The notes beneath the pieces are model-generated. The model had not been told where the DNA came from and made no database searches. It saw nothing but the letters and a program-made list of their open reading frames with translations. From Methyloceanibacter sp. (lineage in GTDB: Bacteria > Pseudomonadota > Alphaproteobacteria > Rhizobiales > Methyloligellaceae): DNA of 64,000 nucleotides. The stretch spans positions 10,265 to 74,264 of the forward strand of contig JBARKP010000049.1 in assembly GCA_049801475.1 (NCBI GenBank). Reading direction: 5' to 3'. Below are positions 52,683-59,937 of this stretch, one piece after another (within the stretch, counting starts at the first letter, position 1; each line of letters starts with the position of its first letter). A program made the position numbers and the translations under genes.

Positions 52683-52830
52683 GAGCGCTTCCTTGCCGTT
52701 GGTGCTCCTGGCCTTTAGAGCATTGCATTCTGTTCACCGCGACGCCGCACAACTCGTCCTTGCCGTGCTAGTTTTCCCCTTCAGGCTAAGGGACGCGGCT
52801 TGATCCCGCAGCAGGCCGTCCGAGGGCGTA

Positions 52831-53961
52831 ATGGTCAGATTTCTGCTGATATTCCTGCGGCCTATTCAGCGCTTCTTGGCTCAATTGATTTCAGTCAGCA
52901 CCGAACCAAGTGCGTTTGTTCGAGAACACATTCATCTAGGCGACACCACAAATTTCTTCAGGGCCGCCAATTTCTTCCTTTCCGCGATTTCCACTGCGTT
53001 CTTGGCAGAGGTGGCAACGCTATACCTATTGGGCATCGGCAACCTGACGGAGCCCTATTACTGGCTATTCATTCTTCTGACCTCGATACCTTTCGTCCTG
53101 TTTTCCTTTTTGCTCGTCAGGTTTGTTGAACCACTATCGTTCAAGGATGTTCTGCACCTCTCGTTCTATCCCATTGGTGCGGGAGTTTTCACAGGTGCTG
53201 CCTTTGCGCTGGTGGCATCGGCGGTTATCGCATTGCTAGTTGCTGTCGGCTCTATCCCAGAAATCAAATTTGATTTTAGTCAGTGGGGCGGAGAGCAGCA
53301 GTTGATCGCTGTTAATAAGCGGGTTCTGTACGACTGCCTCAAAGGGGAGAGCCTCCTATTCACTATCGTCGCAACAGGACTTGAGGAAGCGTACACAAAC
53401 CTAAGGCCGCCGATTGACGACATCTCGTATCTCCGGCCGGTCATAGCAGTGCTTTATCTTATCATTGCTGCCCGCGTCTTCATGGCGGCAGTTGATCGCC
53501 GGAAGTCGGTTGTCTTTGGGACGGTGCTTTTGGCTGCGCTGATCGCCACCGGTGCAAACATTATTTCCGTAAGGGCGTACCTCAACTGGAAGGACGAGCG
53601 CTCAAGCTGTAAGGAAAACCTAGTCCAAGCTGGCCTTGATCGTGTAGCCGAGTCGGTCCTAAAAAAAATGGTTGAGGACACGGAAAAGTCAAAACCGGAC
53701 AATGATCTCTGGGACGTGTCACTCCGTGCAGAACGGCGCGAACTAATTTACACTTTTCGTTCTAAGAGACCGATAGACGATATTGGGGCGTTTTATCGTT
53801 GGGTGAGTCTACGCCAAAAAGACAGGCTCGAAGCGTACTGCTCTAACAACAACTGGTTTTTGAGAAGTACAAAGGCCACCGAGACTGACAGATTTTACAA
53901 TTTGAATGGTGAGCGGCTGACAGGCTTCTCATTAGGTCCGGCAGATTGTCAGCAGTGGTAG
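52831..53961 (+). CDS. Orphan multi-pass membrane protein (~6-7 TM) with ~120-aa soluble C-terminal domain
   Basis: 376-aa ORF in the lowest-GC part of the window, with GAGGG 4 nt before the ATG. Hydrophobic segments include FFLSAISTAFLAEVATLYLLGI, YWLFILLTSIPFVLFSFLLV, GAGVFTGAAFALVASAVIALLVAV, VIAVLYLIIAARVFMAAV and VVFGTVLLAALIATGANII. No domain recognised. Confidence 0.65.
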   Translation: MVRFLLIFLRPIQRFLAQLISVSTEPSAFVREHIHLGDTTNFFRAANFFLSAISTAFLAEVATLYLLGIGNLTEPYYWLFILLTSIPFVLFSFLLVRFVEPLSFKDVLHLSFYPIGAGVFTGAAFALVASAVIALLVAVGSIPEIKFDFSQWGGEQQLIAVNKRVLYDCLKGESLLFTIVATGLEEAYTNLRPPIDDISYLRPVIAVLYLIIAARVFMAAVDRRKSVVFGTVLLAALIATGANIISVRAYLNWKDERSSCKENLVQAGLDRVAESVLKKMVEDTEKSKPDNDLWDVSLRAERRELIYTFRSKRPIDDIGAFYRWVSLRQKDRLEAYCSNNNWFLRSTKATETDRFYNLNGERLTGFSLGPADCQQW

Positions 53962-54012
53962 CACCAAGGGAGCCAGGCGAATTGCTCCGGTGAAAATGTT
54001 TGACGCTCACTA

Positions 54013-54216
54013 ATGACCAAGATCGAACTGGCGAGAGAGATCGGAAGGCGCGCCCCTGCTCGTATCGTTGAGATCGAGCGCACAAGGCGCGGGACCGCTT
54101 ACCGCAACATGCTCAAGCGATACAGTGCCAAGGCTGCACTATCTTCTGGGTTGTTCATGCCAGGATCGACAATGGAAGTGGCTGGCGTGCTCCTGGCGCT
54201 TGCATCCGTCATCTAA
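54013..54216 (+). CDS. Hypothetical 67-aa protein with C-terminal hydrophobic segment
   Basis: ORF only; no clear RBS. It lies between the 376-aa gene and the terminator at 54242. Confidence 0.3.
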   Translation: MTKIELAREIGRRAPARIVEIERTRRGTAYRNMLKRYSAKAALSSGLFMPGSTMEVAGVLLALASVI

Positions 54217-54241
54217 TTCATTGAGGCCGGCGGTTTAAGCC

Positions 54242-54274
54242 TGACCTGATCGACCGGGATCAGGTCATCTTTTC
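54242..54274 (+). terminator. Rho-independent terminator (plus strand)
   Basis: TGACCTGATC-GACCGG-GATCAGGTCA, a perfect 10-bp stem, followed by TCTTTTC. Confidence 0.7.
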
Positions 54275-54282
54275 GGTGCTGA

Positions 54283-54561
54283 TTAGGGTGTGTGTTTGAC
54301 GACGATTTTGCCAGCCTTCACTGCTTGAGTCGGTATGATCTCAAGGCCTTCACCCTCGCTGCCCAAGGCCTTGAGATCATCTTTTGTCAGTTCAATGAAG
54401 TAATCGGGCTCCTGCCACTGAGGCTGGCCCATATAATAAACGCCGAGCGTGCGTGAGTAGCCATTGTACTTGCGGCCCTTGGGCAGAGTGAAGCCGTCGA
54501 CTTCGACTTTCTCAGCGACTTCGAAATGGACGCGCTTTATCTTAGGAGGGGGTTGATTCAT
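54283..54561 (-). CDS. Hypothetical 92-aa protein
   Basis: ATG at 54561 with AGGAA 8 nt upstream. MNQPPPKIKRVHFEVAEKVEVDGFTLPKGRKYNGYSRTLGVYYMGQPQWQEPDYFIEL... No domain recognised. Confidence 0.45.
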   Translation of the reverse strand: MNQPPPKIKRVHFEVAEKVEVDGFTLPKGRKYNGYSRTLGVYYMGQPQWQEPDYFIELTKDDLKALGSEGEGLEIIPTQAVKAGKIVVKHTP

Positions 54562-54592
54562 AGGCTTGTTCCTAACGTAGGAGTTTAGGCAA

Positions 54593-54859
54593 ATGTCGCC
54601 TAGCATCGCCATCATCGTCTATTCGTGTCTTGCGTCTGCATCCTTGGACGACTTCAACCCCCATCAAATCAATGCTGCACTAGTATACACCCAAGCGCAC
54701 CCTGATATTTGCCGAGCCGACCCGCCCGTTGTTTTAGAGAATGACATGACGCTGGAACAGTGTCAGTCGCAAGCCATGCTTCAACTCATGCCTAACTGGA
54801 TGACGGAACATCCGGATAGAGTCTGGCTCGGTGCCAAGTGCGAGAATCATGAGCCGTAG
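54593..54859 (+). CDS. Small secreted Cys-containing protein (88 aa)
   Basis: Signal-like N-terminus MSPSIAIIVYSCLASASL and three further Cys residues in the mature part. Confidence 0.4.
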   Translation: MSPSIAIIVYSCLASASLDDFNPHQINAALVYTQAHPDICRADPPVVLENDMTLEQCQSQAMLQLMPNWMTEHPDRVWLGAKCENHEP

Positions 54860-54874
54860 ACGCGGGGGGGCAGC

Positions 54875-55325
54875 ATGACCGACGACGACACCATGGACGT
54901 GCTTACCGGCTTCGCCGTGCGTGCTACCGGCCTTCTGGCAATAGTCGCCCTGCTCGTCTCACACACTGCGACCGCCGATGTGAAACGGTATAAATCCATC
55001 CCGGAATCTCTCTGGGGCTCGTGGGCGCCGAGTGCCGAAGCCTGCAACAAGGCCGAAAAGTCCATCATTGCCCTGGCAGCCAAGAGCTACGTCAGCTCGG
55101 AGGCGAGCTGCACGATCGACTGGGTCAGCGAGACCCCAGGCACGCGGGGCGCTATCTACTCAGCGCACCTACAATGCTCCGGCGCAGCAGAGGGTCCCCC
55201 CAAAAACGGTCTTAGACCTGGTTCTCTGGCCGAAGGACGTCAACGAAATTTCCGTTGGCGCCGATTTCAGTAGCCTGAAGACATACCTACGGTGTTCCGC
55301 AAGCGCACCTGCGTCCACCCGATAG
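54875..55325 (+). pseudogene. Secreted hypothetical protein, probable frameshift at a C6A5 tract
   Basis: A TM/signal segment (GLLAIVALLVSHTATA) is followed by ...YSAHLQCSGAAEGPPK. After CCCCCCAAAAA (55196-55206) a protein-like sequence continues in the +1 frame (TVLDLVLWPKDVNEISVGADFSSLKTYLRC...). Confidence 0.4.
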
Positions 55326-55421
55326 AAGTTTTGAAGCCGAACCCGACACGGCGAGCCCTTGTCGCACCATTCGCGGTCAAGGCTCCCGCCCCGGCACCTT
55401 CGCCCACTATCATTGTGTGAC

Positions 55422-55646
55422 ATGGCTAGCAAACGTGGCCGCCGCTTCCCGCCACCATGGACCGTTGAGAAGATACCGGGTGGCTTCAAGGTCCTAGACG
55501 CCAATGGCCAATCGCTCGCCTATGTCTATTCGCGAGAGAATGAGAGTGATGCGCGCTTGGCTAAAGTGCTCACGCCGGACGAGGCACGCCGCATAGCCAG
55601 CAACATCGCCAAGCTGCCGGAGCTTCTCGGCAGAGAACCCAAATGA
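55422..55646 (+). CDS. Small conserved hypothetical protein (74 aa)
   Basis: MASKRGRRFPPPWTVEKIPGGFKVLDANGQSLAYVYSRENESDARLAKVLTPDEARRIASNIAKLPELL. I recognise this as a widespread uncharacterised Rhizobiales small-protein family. This is from memory and not database-checked. Confidence 0.55.
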   Translation: MASKRGRRFPPPWTVEKIPGGFKVLDANGQSLAYVYSRENESDARLAKVLTPDEARRIASNIAKLPELLGREPK

Positions 55647-55850
55647 CAAATGGCCATGAGCACGAACTTCGCTGGCTGAGGATTTTTATTTCAGGACATT
55701 GCTGGAGCGTGTTCTGAAACGAACCGTTACCGACTGGCCATACTCAGCAATCGTGACGTTGTCGTTTGCATCTATCCTTCATGGGAGGCTCCGTTTCGGA
55801 TCGGATCTCCTTCCGGGGCCTTGGCGCCGGCCTTCGGGTCGACGTGGGTG

Positions 55851-55885
55851 AGCCCCGCGTCTCTTTGCGCGGGGCTTCTTTTATT
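55851..55885 (+). terminator. Rho-independent terminator (plus strand), ~200 nt after the nearest upstream stop
   Basis: AGCCCCGCG-TCTCTTTG-CGCGGGGCT, a 9-bp stem, followed by TCTTTTATT. Confidence 0.65.
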
Positions 55886-55934
55886 GGCTTGGCCAAGGAT
55901 CGTGGCCGTCGCCAGAAGGTGATGCGAGCTATCG

Positions 55935-56285
55935 ATGAGGACTAACGCGGCGATGCTATCAGTGGCGGCGGTCTTGGTGCTTGCACCGTGGAGCGCCATG
56001 GGTGCTACCTGTCCCCCGGACGGCAGTGAGGGTTCTCTGCCGACCTTCGATGTCGAGGACCAATGCGGCGATCCCTATAAATGTACTGCGCTTGCACTCG
56101 AAGAGGCGAAGGCTTGCAGCCGAAAGTTTGACGAGTGTGCCGTTGCTCTGAGCAAATCGAACGCAGAGGCGGAGGCCCATAATTTGGCGCTCGAAGCCTG
56201 CAGAGCTGGAATTCCAAATCGTCAAAAAGCATCCAACCCAAAACCTTCTAGCGATGGGGCCGCACCAACCGCCCCGAGCCGTTGA
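55935..56285 (+). CDS. Secreted Cys-rich hypothetical protein (116 aa)
   Basis: Signal peptide MRTNAAMLSVAAVLVLAPWSAMGA. Seven Cys residues in the mature part and a Pro/Ser-rich tail. Confidence 0.5.
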   Translation: MRTNAAMLSVAAVLVLAPWSAMGATCPPDGSEGSLPTFDVEDQCGDPYKCTALALEEAKACSRKFDECAVALSKSNAEAEAHNLALEACRAGIPNRQKASNPKPSSDGAAPTAPSR

Positions 56286-56569
56286 CTATTGGGGCGAGGT
56301 CATCAAACCTGACGCTTAAGCCCTCGCTGAGGCATCATGAGGTACACCTCCCGCCATAGGATCTCGGTCCACACCCCACGATCAAGGAAAGTGTGTCCCG
56401 AGCGACGCTGGAGGTTCAACACCCGCCCGGGACTCGCCAGGACGTCGAGTAGCGGCACAACCGCGCGCTCAATGGCCCACAATTAGGGTCAGTCCCGAGA
56501 CGGCGACGCTGGAGGGACGCCGCCCCGGGACGATGCGCGCCAGGGGGAAGTGAAACCCCGGCAGCGGCA

Positions 56570-56941
56570 TTAGATCTTCGTGTCGTCATAACCAACCCCA
56601 CTGTAATCGATCGGCTCCGGGCGCTCTCGCTTCCTGGGCTCGGCCGTGGTGTCGTCCGCTATAGTGACGGATCGCAGCAATGGGCGGTAATCGTAGGGAG
56701 GTGGTGGAGGTTCGGTATGGACCGGCGCCGGCATAACCACCCGCACGATCCAGTCAATGTCGTCCCGCTGCTCCCCTGAGATCTCGCTCGCGGCTACCAT
56801 CTCGTCCAGCTTCTTGGCCTGCAGATCCGGAAGGGTAGCCATATCTTCCTCGTCGACGATGAGCCGGACGTAGCGCCTGCTCGAGGGCGTCTTGGCCTTC
56901 AAGATGGCTGCTAACCGGTCGAGGCGCGTGTTGAGGGTCAT
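56570..56941 (-). CDS. Hypothetical protein (123 aa), second gene of a 2-gene module
   Basis: Its start overlaps the upstream stop (ATGA). MTLNTRLDRLAAILKAK...IVDEEDMATLPDLQAKKLDEMV...PPPPPYDY. No domain recognised. Confidence 0.5.
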   Translation of the reverse strand: MTLNTRLDRLAAILKAKTPSSRRYVRLIVDEEDMATLPDLQAKKLDEMVAASEISGEQRDDIDWIVRVVMPAPVHTEPPPPPYDYRPLLRSVTIADDTTAEPRKRERPEPIDYSGVGYDDTKI

Positions 56942-57369
56942 GCCGCAATGTCCTCGTCAGGTATGGTGGGCAGCACAAGGTCATCTTCGGCCGTCCTTGA
57001 GGCGATGGACGCAGTAGAAAAGGGCTTCCACTGGGCGAAACGCATCCGAGTGTCGTCAGCCCTAAGCTTTGCAGCCTTCTCGATGTCAATAATGGTCCGG
57101 GGGTTTCCGGTAATAGCGTCCAGCATGGTCAGCTTGCCAGTGATCCCCTTGGCCAGTAGGGCGCGGGCAAAGTCGGTCTCGGGGTCTCGACTGCCCTTGA
57201 CTACGGTCTCTCCACCAATGGTCACACTATAGCGCCCAGTGTATCGGATGCCCTCACGGTGGATTGGCGGGTGAAGGTGGGCCTCAATCATTCGTCCAAC
57301 CCCATAGTGCCGAATTGGGCCGTTTTTCGTCCCATCTGTTACCTCGCTGTTACCTTTCGCCAGTTTCAA
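56938..57369 (-). CDS. Hypothetical protein (143 aa), first gene of a 2-gene module
   Basis: The track ORF starts at a TTG with no clear SD, so the true start may be internal (Met27). No domain recognised. Confidence 0.45.
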   Translation of the reverse strand: MKLAKGNSEVTDGTKNGPIRHYGVGRMIEAHLHPPIHREGIRYTGRYSVTIGGETVVKGSRDPETDFARALLAKGITGKLTMLDAITGNPRTIIDIEKAAKLRADDTRMRFAQWKPFSTASIASRTAEDDLVLPTIPDEDIAA

Positions 57370-57505
57370 TCGATTAGAAATAGCCGTAAATAAGGGTTTT
57401 CATGGTGGAAGTCCTATGATTACTAGTCATGAAACTCGATAGGACGTAGGCTGACGGGACAATAATTAGAGCCCTCGATGCCAAGAGGCTGCCAGTCAGC
57501 CTTCA
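57370..57505. promoter_or_regulatory. AT-rich control region with interleaved inverted repeats
   Basis: TTTCATG (57398-57404) pairs with CATGAAA (57428-57434). CCTAT (57413-57417) pairs with ATAGG (57439-57443). ACTAGT palindrome at 57422-57427. GGCTGAC (57449-57455) pairs with GTCAGCC (57495-57501). Confidence 0.35.
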
Positions 57506-57590
57506 TGATCCAGCGGCTTCTTGCGGGTCGTTGGACAGCTATGACGGAGGTTGCCGAGGGAGCAACCACACCTCGCGCATAGAACCTTCA

Positions 57591-57842
57591 TCAATCAGCC
57601 CGCCGGCCAGTGAGCAACTTCGGGGCAGCAGCCTGAAGGAGCTGCGCTTCCATCTGGGCAAGGCGAGCTTCAATGTCGACGGTCTCGAGGATTTGTCTCT
57701 GGTTCATCAATATCGTTGAGAGCCTACTGGCCAAGCTCGGATCGATGCGGCCACGGCGTAACTCCTTGTAAACGCGAGCGTTCTCGCTCGCTACAGAGCC
57801 GGCAGTATCCAACGGCCCAATACGCTTCCTTATATGTTCCAA
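57591..57842 (-). CDS. Hypothetical 83-aa protein (TTG start)
   Basis: ORF with ...ARVYKELRRGRIDPSLASRLSTILMNQRQILETVDIEARLAQMEAQL. It resembles short helical proteins seen near phage packaging genes, but the match is weak. Confidence 0.4.
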   Translation of the reverse strand: MEHIRKRIGPLDTAGSVASENARVYKELRRGRIDPSLASRLSTILMNQRQILETVDIEARLAQMEAQLLQAAAPKLLTGRRAD

Positions 57843-58193
57843 TGCCTTAGCCTTTTATTGGTTAGCCAAATGCTCCACTTGAGGTTATGTATTGAGGCCT
57901 TTATCCAACCCACTGAGGCTTCTTATCTCTCTCTATGGGCTTATTGCAGGACAGAAGGGCGCTTGCGCTACGCGCACCCCGCCAGTCATGAACCGAGCCC
58001 CGAAGAGGTCTCGGCCATACGGTGACTGTCGGATAGCGCGCTCGACACGTCGGCCTCATTAACGGGCTCACTGCACCAATCGTCCTTCGCCAATGTGGGC
58101 ACCTCTGCTGGCCGATCTTATGGCCGATCTTCGTGATTGGCCTTTCTCCACGTCTTGGCGCGGTTCAGCCTGTGCACAACAGAAAGCGCCATA

Positions 58194-58571
58194 TTAGTTC
58201 TCCAGTAATGCTTTCGCGGCCATGATTCGTTCGTATAGGTCCGGCAATACTTCGCCTGGTGAAACATATCCCGCAAAGATAAGTGTAGCTTCCTCTACAT
58301 CTGTAGAGACTGCAAGTCTACCTCCCAATCTACTGTACCCGGAGCCACACAGTTCGTGGTTTAACCATTGTAGCTGCACGTCAAGACTGTCACGATCGGC
58401 ATGGTCACGGGCTGAGGCCCAGTCTTTGAATCTATCTTGTCTTTCTGGTTGCCAGCGCGGATATGGCCGGGGATCCTCACCAAGTTGCTGGATATGAGCT
58501 GCGATTGCACATGCAGCCACCCGCGGCCAACGGAGAGCCTGTAAGCGGTCGCGGACGGCTTCAGGGGTCAT
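58194..58571 (-). CDS. Hypothetical protein (125 aa)
   Basis: Last gene of the coupled leftward operon. Its start overlaps the upstream stop by 4 nt. Confidence 0.5.
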   Translation of the reverse strand: MTPEAVRDRLQALRWPRVAACAIAAHIQQLGEDPRPYPRWQPERQDRFKDWASARDHADRDSLDVQLQWLNHELCGSGYSRLGGRLAVSTDVEEATLIFAGYVSPGEVLPDLYERIMAAKALLEN

Positions 58572-58864
58572 TGAGGCACCACCTCATCGACCGCATCACG
58601 GAAGGTTTTCTCCATGCTGAGCACGGCCTCATCAAGAGTGTTGCCATACAACTCAACTATGGCAAACGCTTCGTTGTTGAGTTGCTGGGGGTTATGCGGA
58701 TCAAGACGGCCTTTAAGCTTACGGTAGACGGCGGAAATTTTGTCTCTCTCCTGGCCGGCAAAGTAATTAGGCTTGAGGTGTATCCGCTCAACCTCGGCAA
58801 GACGCTCCCGAAGGAGCGCCTCGTCGGCCGCGGTGAGGCCATTGCTGCTTTCTTTGGCCATCAC
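58568..58864 (-). CDS. Hypothetical protein (98 aa)
   Basis: 4-nt overlaps at both ends. Confidence 0.5.
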   Translation of the reverse strand: MMAKESSNGLTAADEALLRERLAEVERIHLKPNYFAGQERDKISAVYRKLKGRLDPHNPQQLNNEAFAIVELYGNTLDEAVLSMEKTFRDAVDEVVPQ

Positions 58865-59082
58865 ATCGCGTTTGTTTCTTCGTCGGCGCGATCAGCCGGT
58901 GGAACCTTGCCGAAGGGACGCTGCCCTGGCTTTGCTTTTGGGGAGGGCTGGTCTGGCACCTTGGCGCGCTTCTGCTCTGAATCGGGTCTATCCAAGTTCT
59001 TGTCCAGCCAGCCAAATGCGGGGTCTTTCGTTTTGCCGGTGCCTGAGGGCATGTCCTTATCTTTGCCTTCACTATTGTACAT
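58861..59082 (-). CDS. Hypothetical basic/Pro-rich protein (73 aa)
   Basis: ORF with a 4-nt overlap with the next gene. The sequence looks disordered (KDKDMPSGTGKTKDP...KAKPGQRP). Confidence 0.4.
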   Translation of the reverse strand: MYNSEGKDKDMPSGTGKTKDPAFGWLDKNLDRPDSEQKRAKVPDQPSPKAKPGQRPFGKVPPADRADEETNAM

Positions 59083-59107
59083 AGTAGAATTGTTCCTTTG
59101 GTTAAGT

Positions 59108-59329
59108 TTATCTCACACTCTTCGGAAGTTTCGCAGAGCCGTCCGAGAAATCTCGTAAATCGACGACTGCTTCAGACTTCATGTCCACGCTCATAACTGC
59201 GTCTAGAATCTCGCGCGTCCTGCCGCTTGCTAAGCTAGTTGCTGATGGGCGCTGGATATTTCGTGCGATGTACTTATAGCCACCGTCACCTTTAGTTGTG
59301 CTCTGGTCATCTTTGCTGTCGTAACTCAT
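59108..59329 (-). CDS. Hypothetical protein (73 aa)
   Basis: ORF lying 11 nt downstream of the 198-aa gene. Confidence 0.4.
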   Translation of the reverse strand: MSYDSKDDQSTTKGDGGYKYIARNIQRPSATSLASGRTREILDAVMSVDMKSEAVVDLRDFSDGSAKLPKSVR

Positions 59330-59340
59330 AGTGTATCTCC

Positions 59341-59937
59341 TTAATGTAGGTCGCTTGTCTTGGTTTCTACTATAGTTGTTTCAGTGCTATTGTGGCCATT
59401 TGTACCATGGCTCTTATTATGAATTGCGCCGTGCCGTAGAATACCGCGGCAAAGATCATTCGCCGCAGGATCAGCCCAACCAGTAGAAATGTGGGCGTAT
59501 GAGATTGCTTCGGCTGCCAGCGCAGCATCTGCGCCTTGCTTTATTTGTTCATGTAGAAAAGCCGCCAGTATTCCGGGCCTTACTCCCTCGGGCTCAATCT
59601 TGTATTCATGGCACCAAGCAGCAAAGCCACGGCAGGCTCTGACATAACTCTCAATAGTCTCAGGTGTTTTCCTTTCTGGTTCCTGAATATCATACCATAT
59701 TGCTAACTTCTGGCTCATAAGCTCAGCCAACTCCTCCTCCCAGACTTCGCGCTCGACTTGTTCGCGCGCCCATTTGCCGTGGCTGATAAGCTCCATGAAG
59801 TCGTCCAGTTCGGTAGGGCTGGCCGCGACGGTGACGCTCGGGGCTACTGGTTGGCCATCGAACTTGATGGGAATAATACCGGCGCCGCCGTCATAGGTTT
59901 CGACGACCATTGCGCCGGGGAGTATTCTGCGGGTCAT
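59341..59937 (-). CDS. Hypothetical protein with a phage-integrase N-terminal SAM-like (core-binding) type segment and no catalytic domain
   Basis: ETIESYVRACRGFAAWCHEYKIEPEGVRPGILAAFLHEQIKQGADAALAAEAISYAHISTGWADP follows the T...Y...F..WC......P..v..fL......s....a..aI...H pattern of tyrosine-recombinase core-binding domains. The RHRY catalytic part is absent. Confidence 0.45.
   Translation of the reverse strand: MTRRILPGAMVVETYDGGAGIIPIKFDGQPVAPSVTVAASPTELDDFMELISHGKWAREQVEREVWEEELAELMSQKLAIWYDIQEPERKTPETIESYVRACRGFAAWCHEYKIEPEGVRPGILAAFLHEQIKQGADAALAAEAISYAHISTGWADPAANDLCRGILRHGAIHNKSHGTNGHNSTETTIVETKTSDLH

Noticed and set aside
55772-55999. 75-aa minus-strand ORF spanning the 55851 terminator and the start of the 116-aa secreted-protein gene.
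   Set aside because: It overlaps a strong plus-strand terminator hairpin and the signal-peptide region of a better-supported gene, and it has no RBS or motif.
57843-58193. Hidden N-terminal part of a small-terminase-like gene upstream of the 83-aa ORF.
   Set aside because: I translated all three minus-strand frames of the gap. The longest ORF is ~38 codons, with no recognisable motif.
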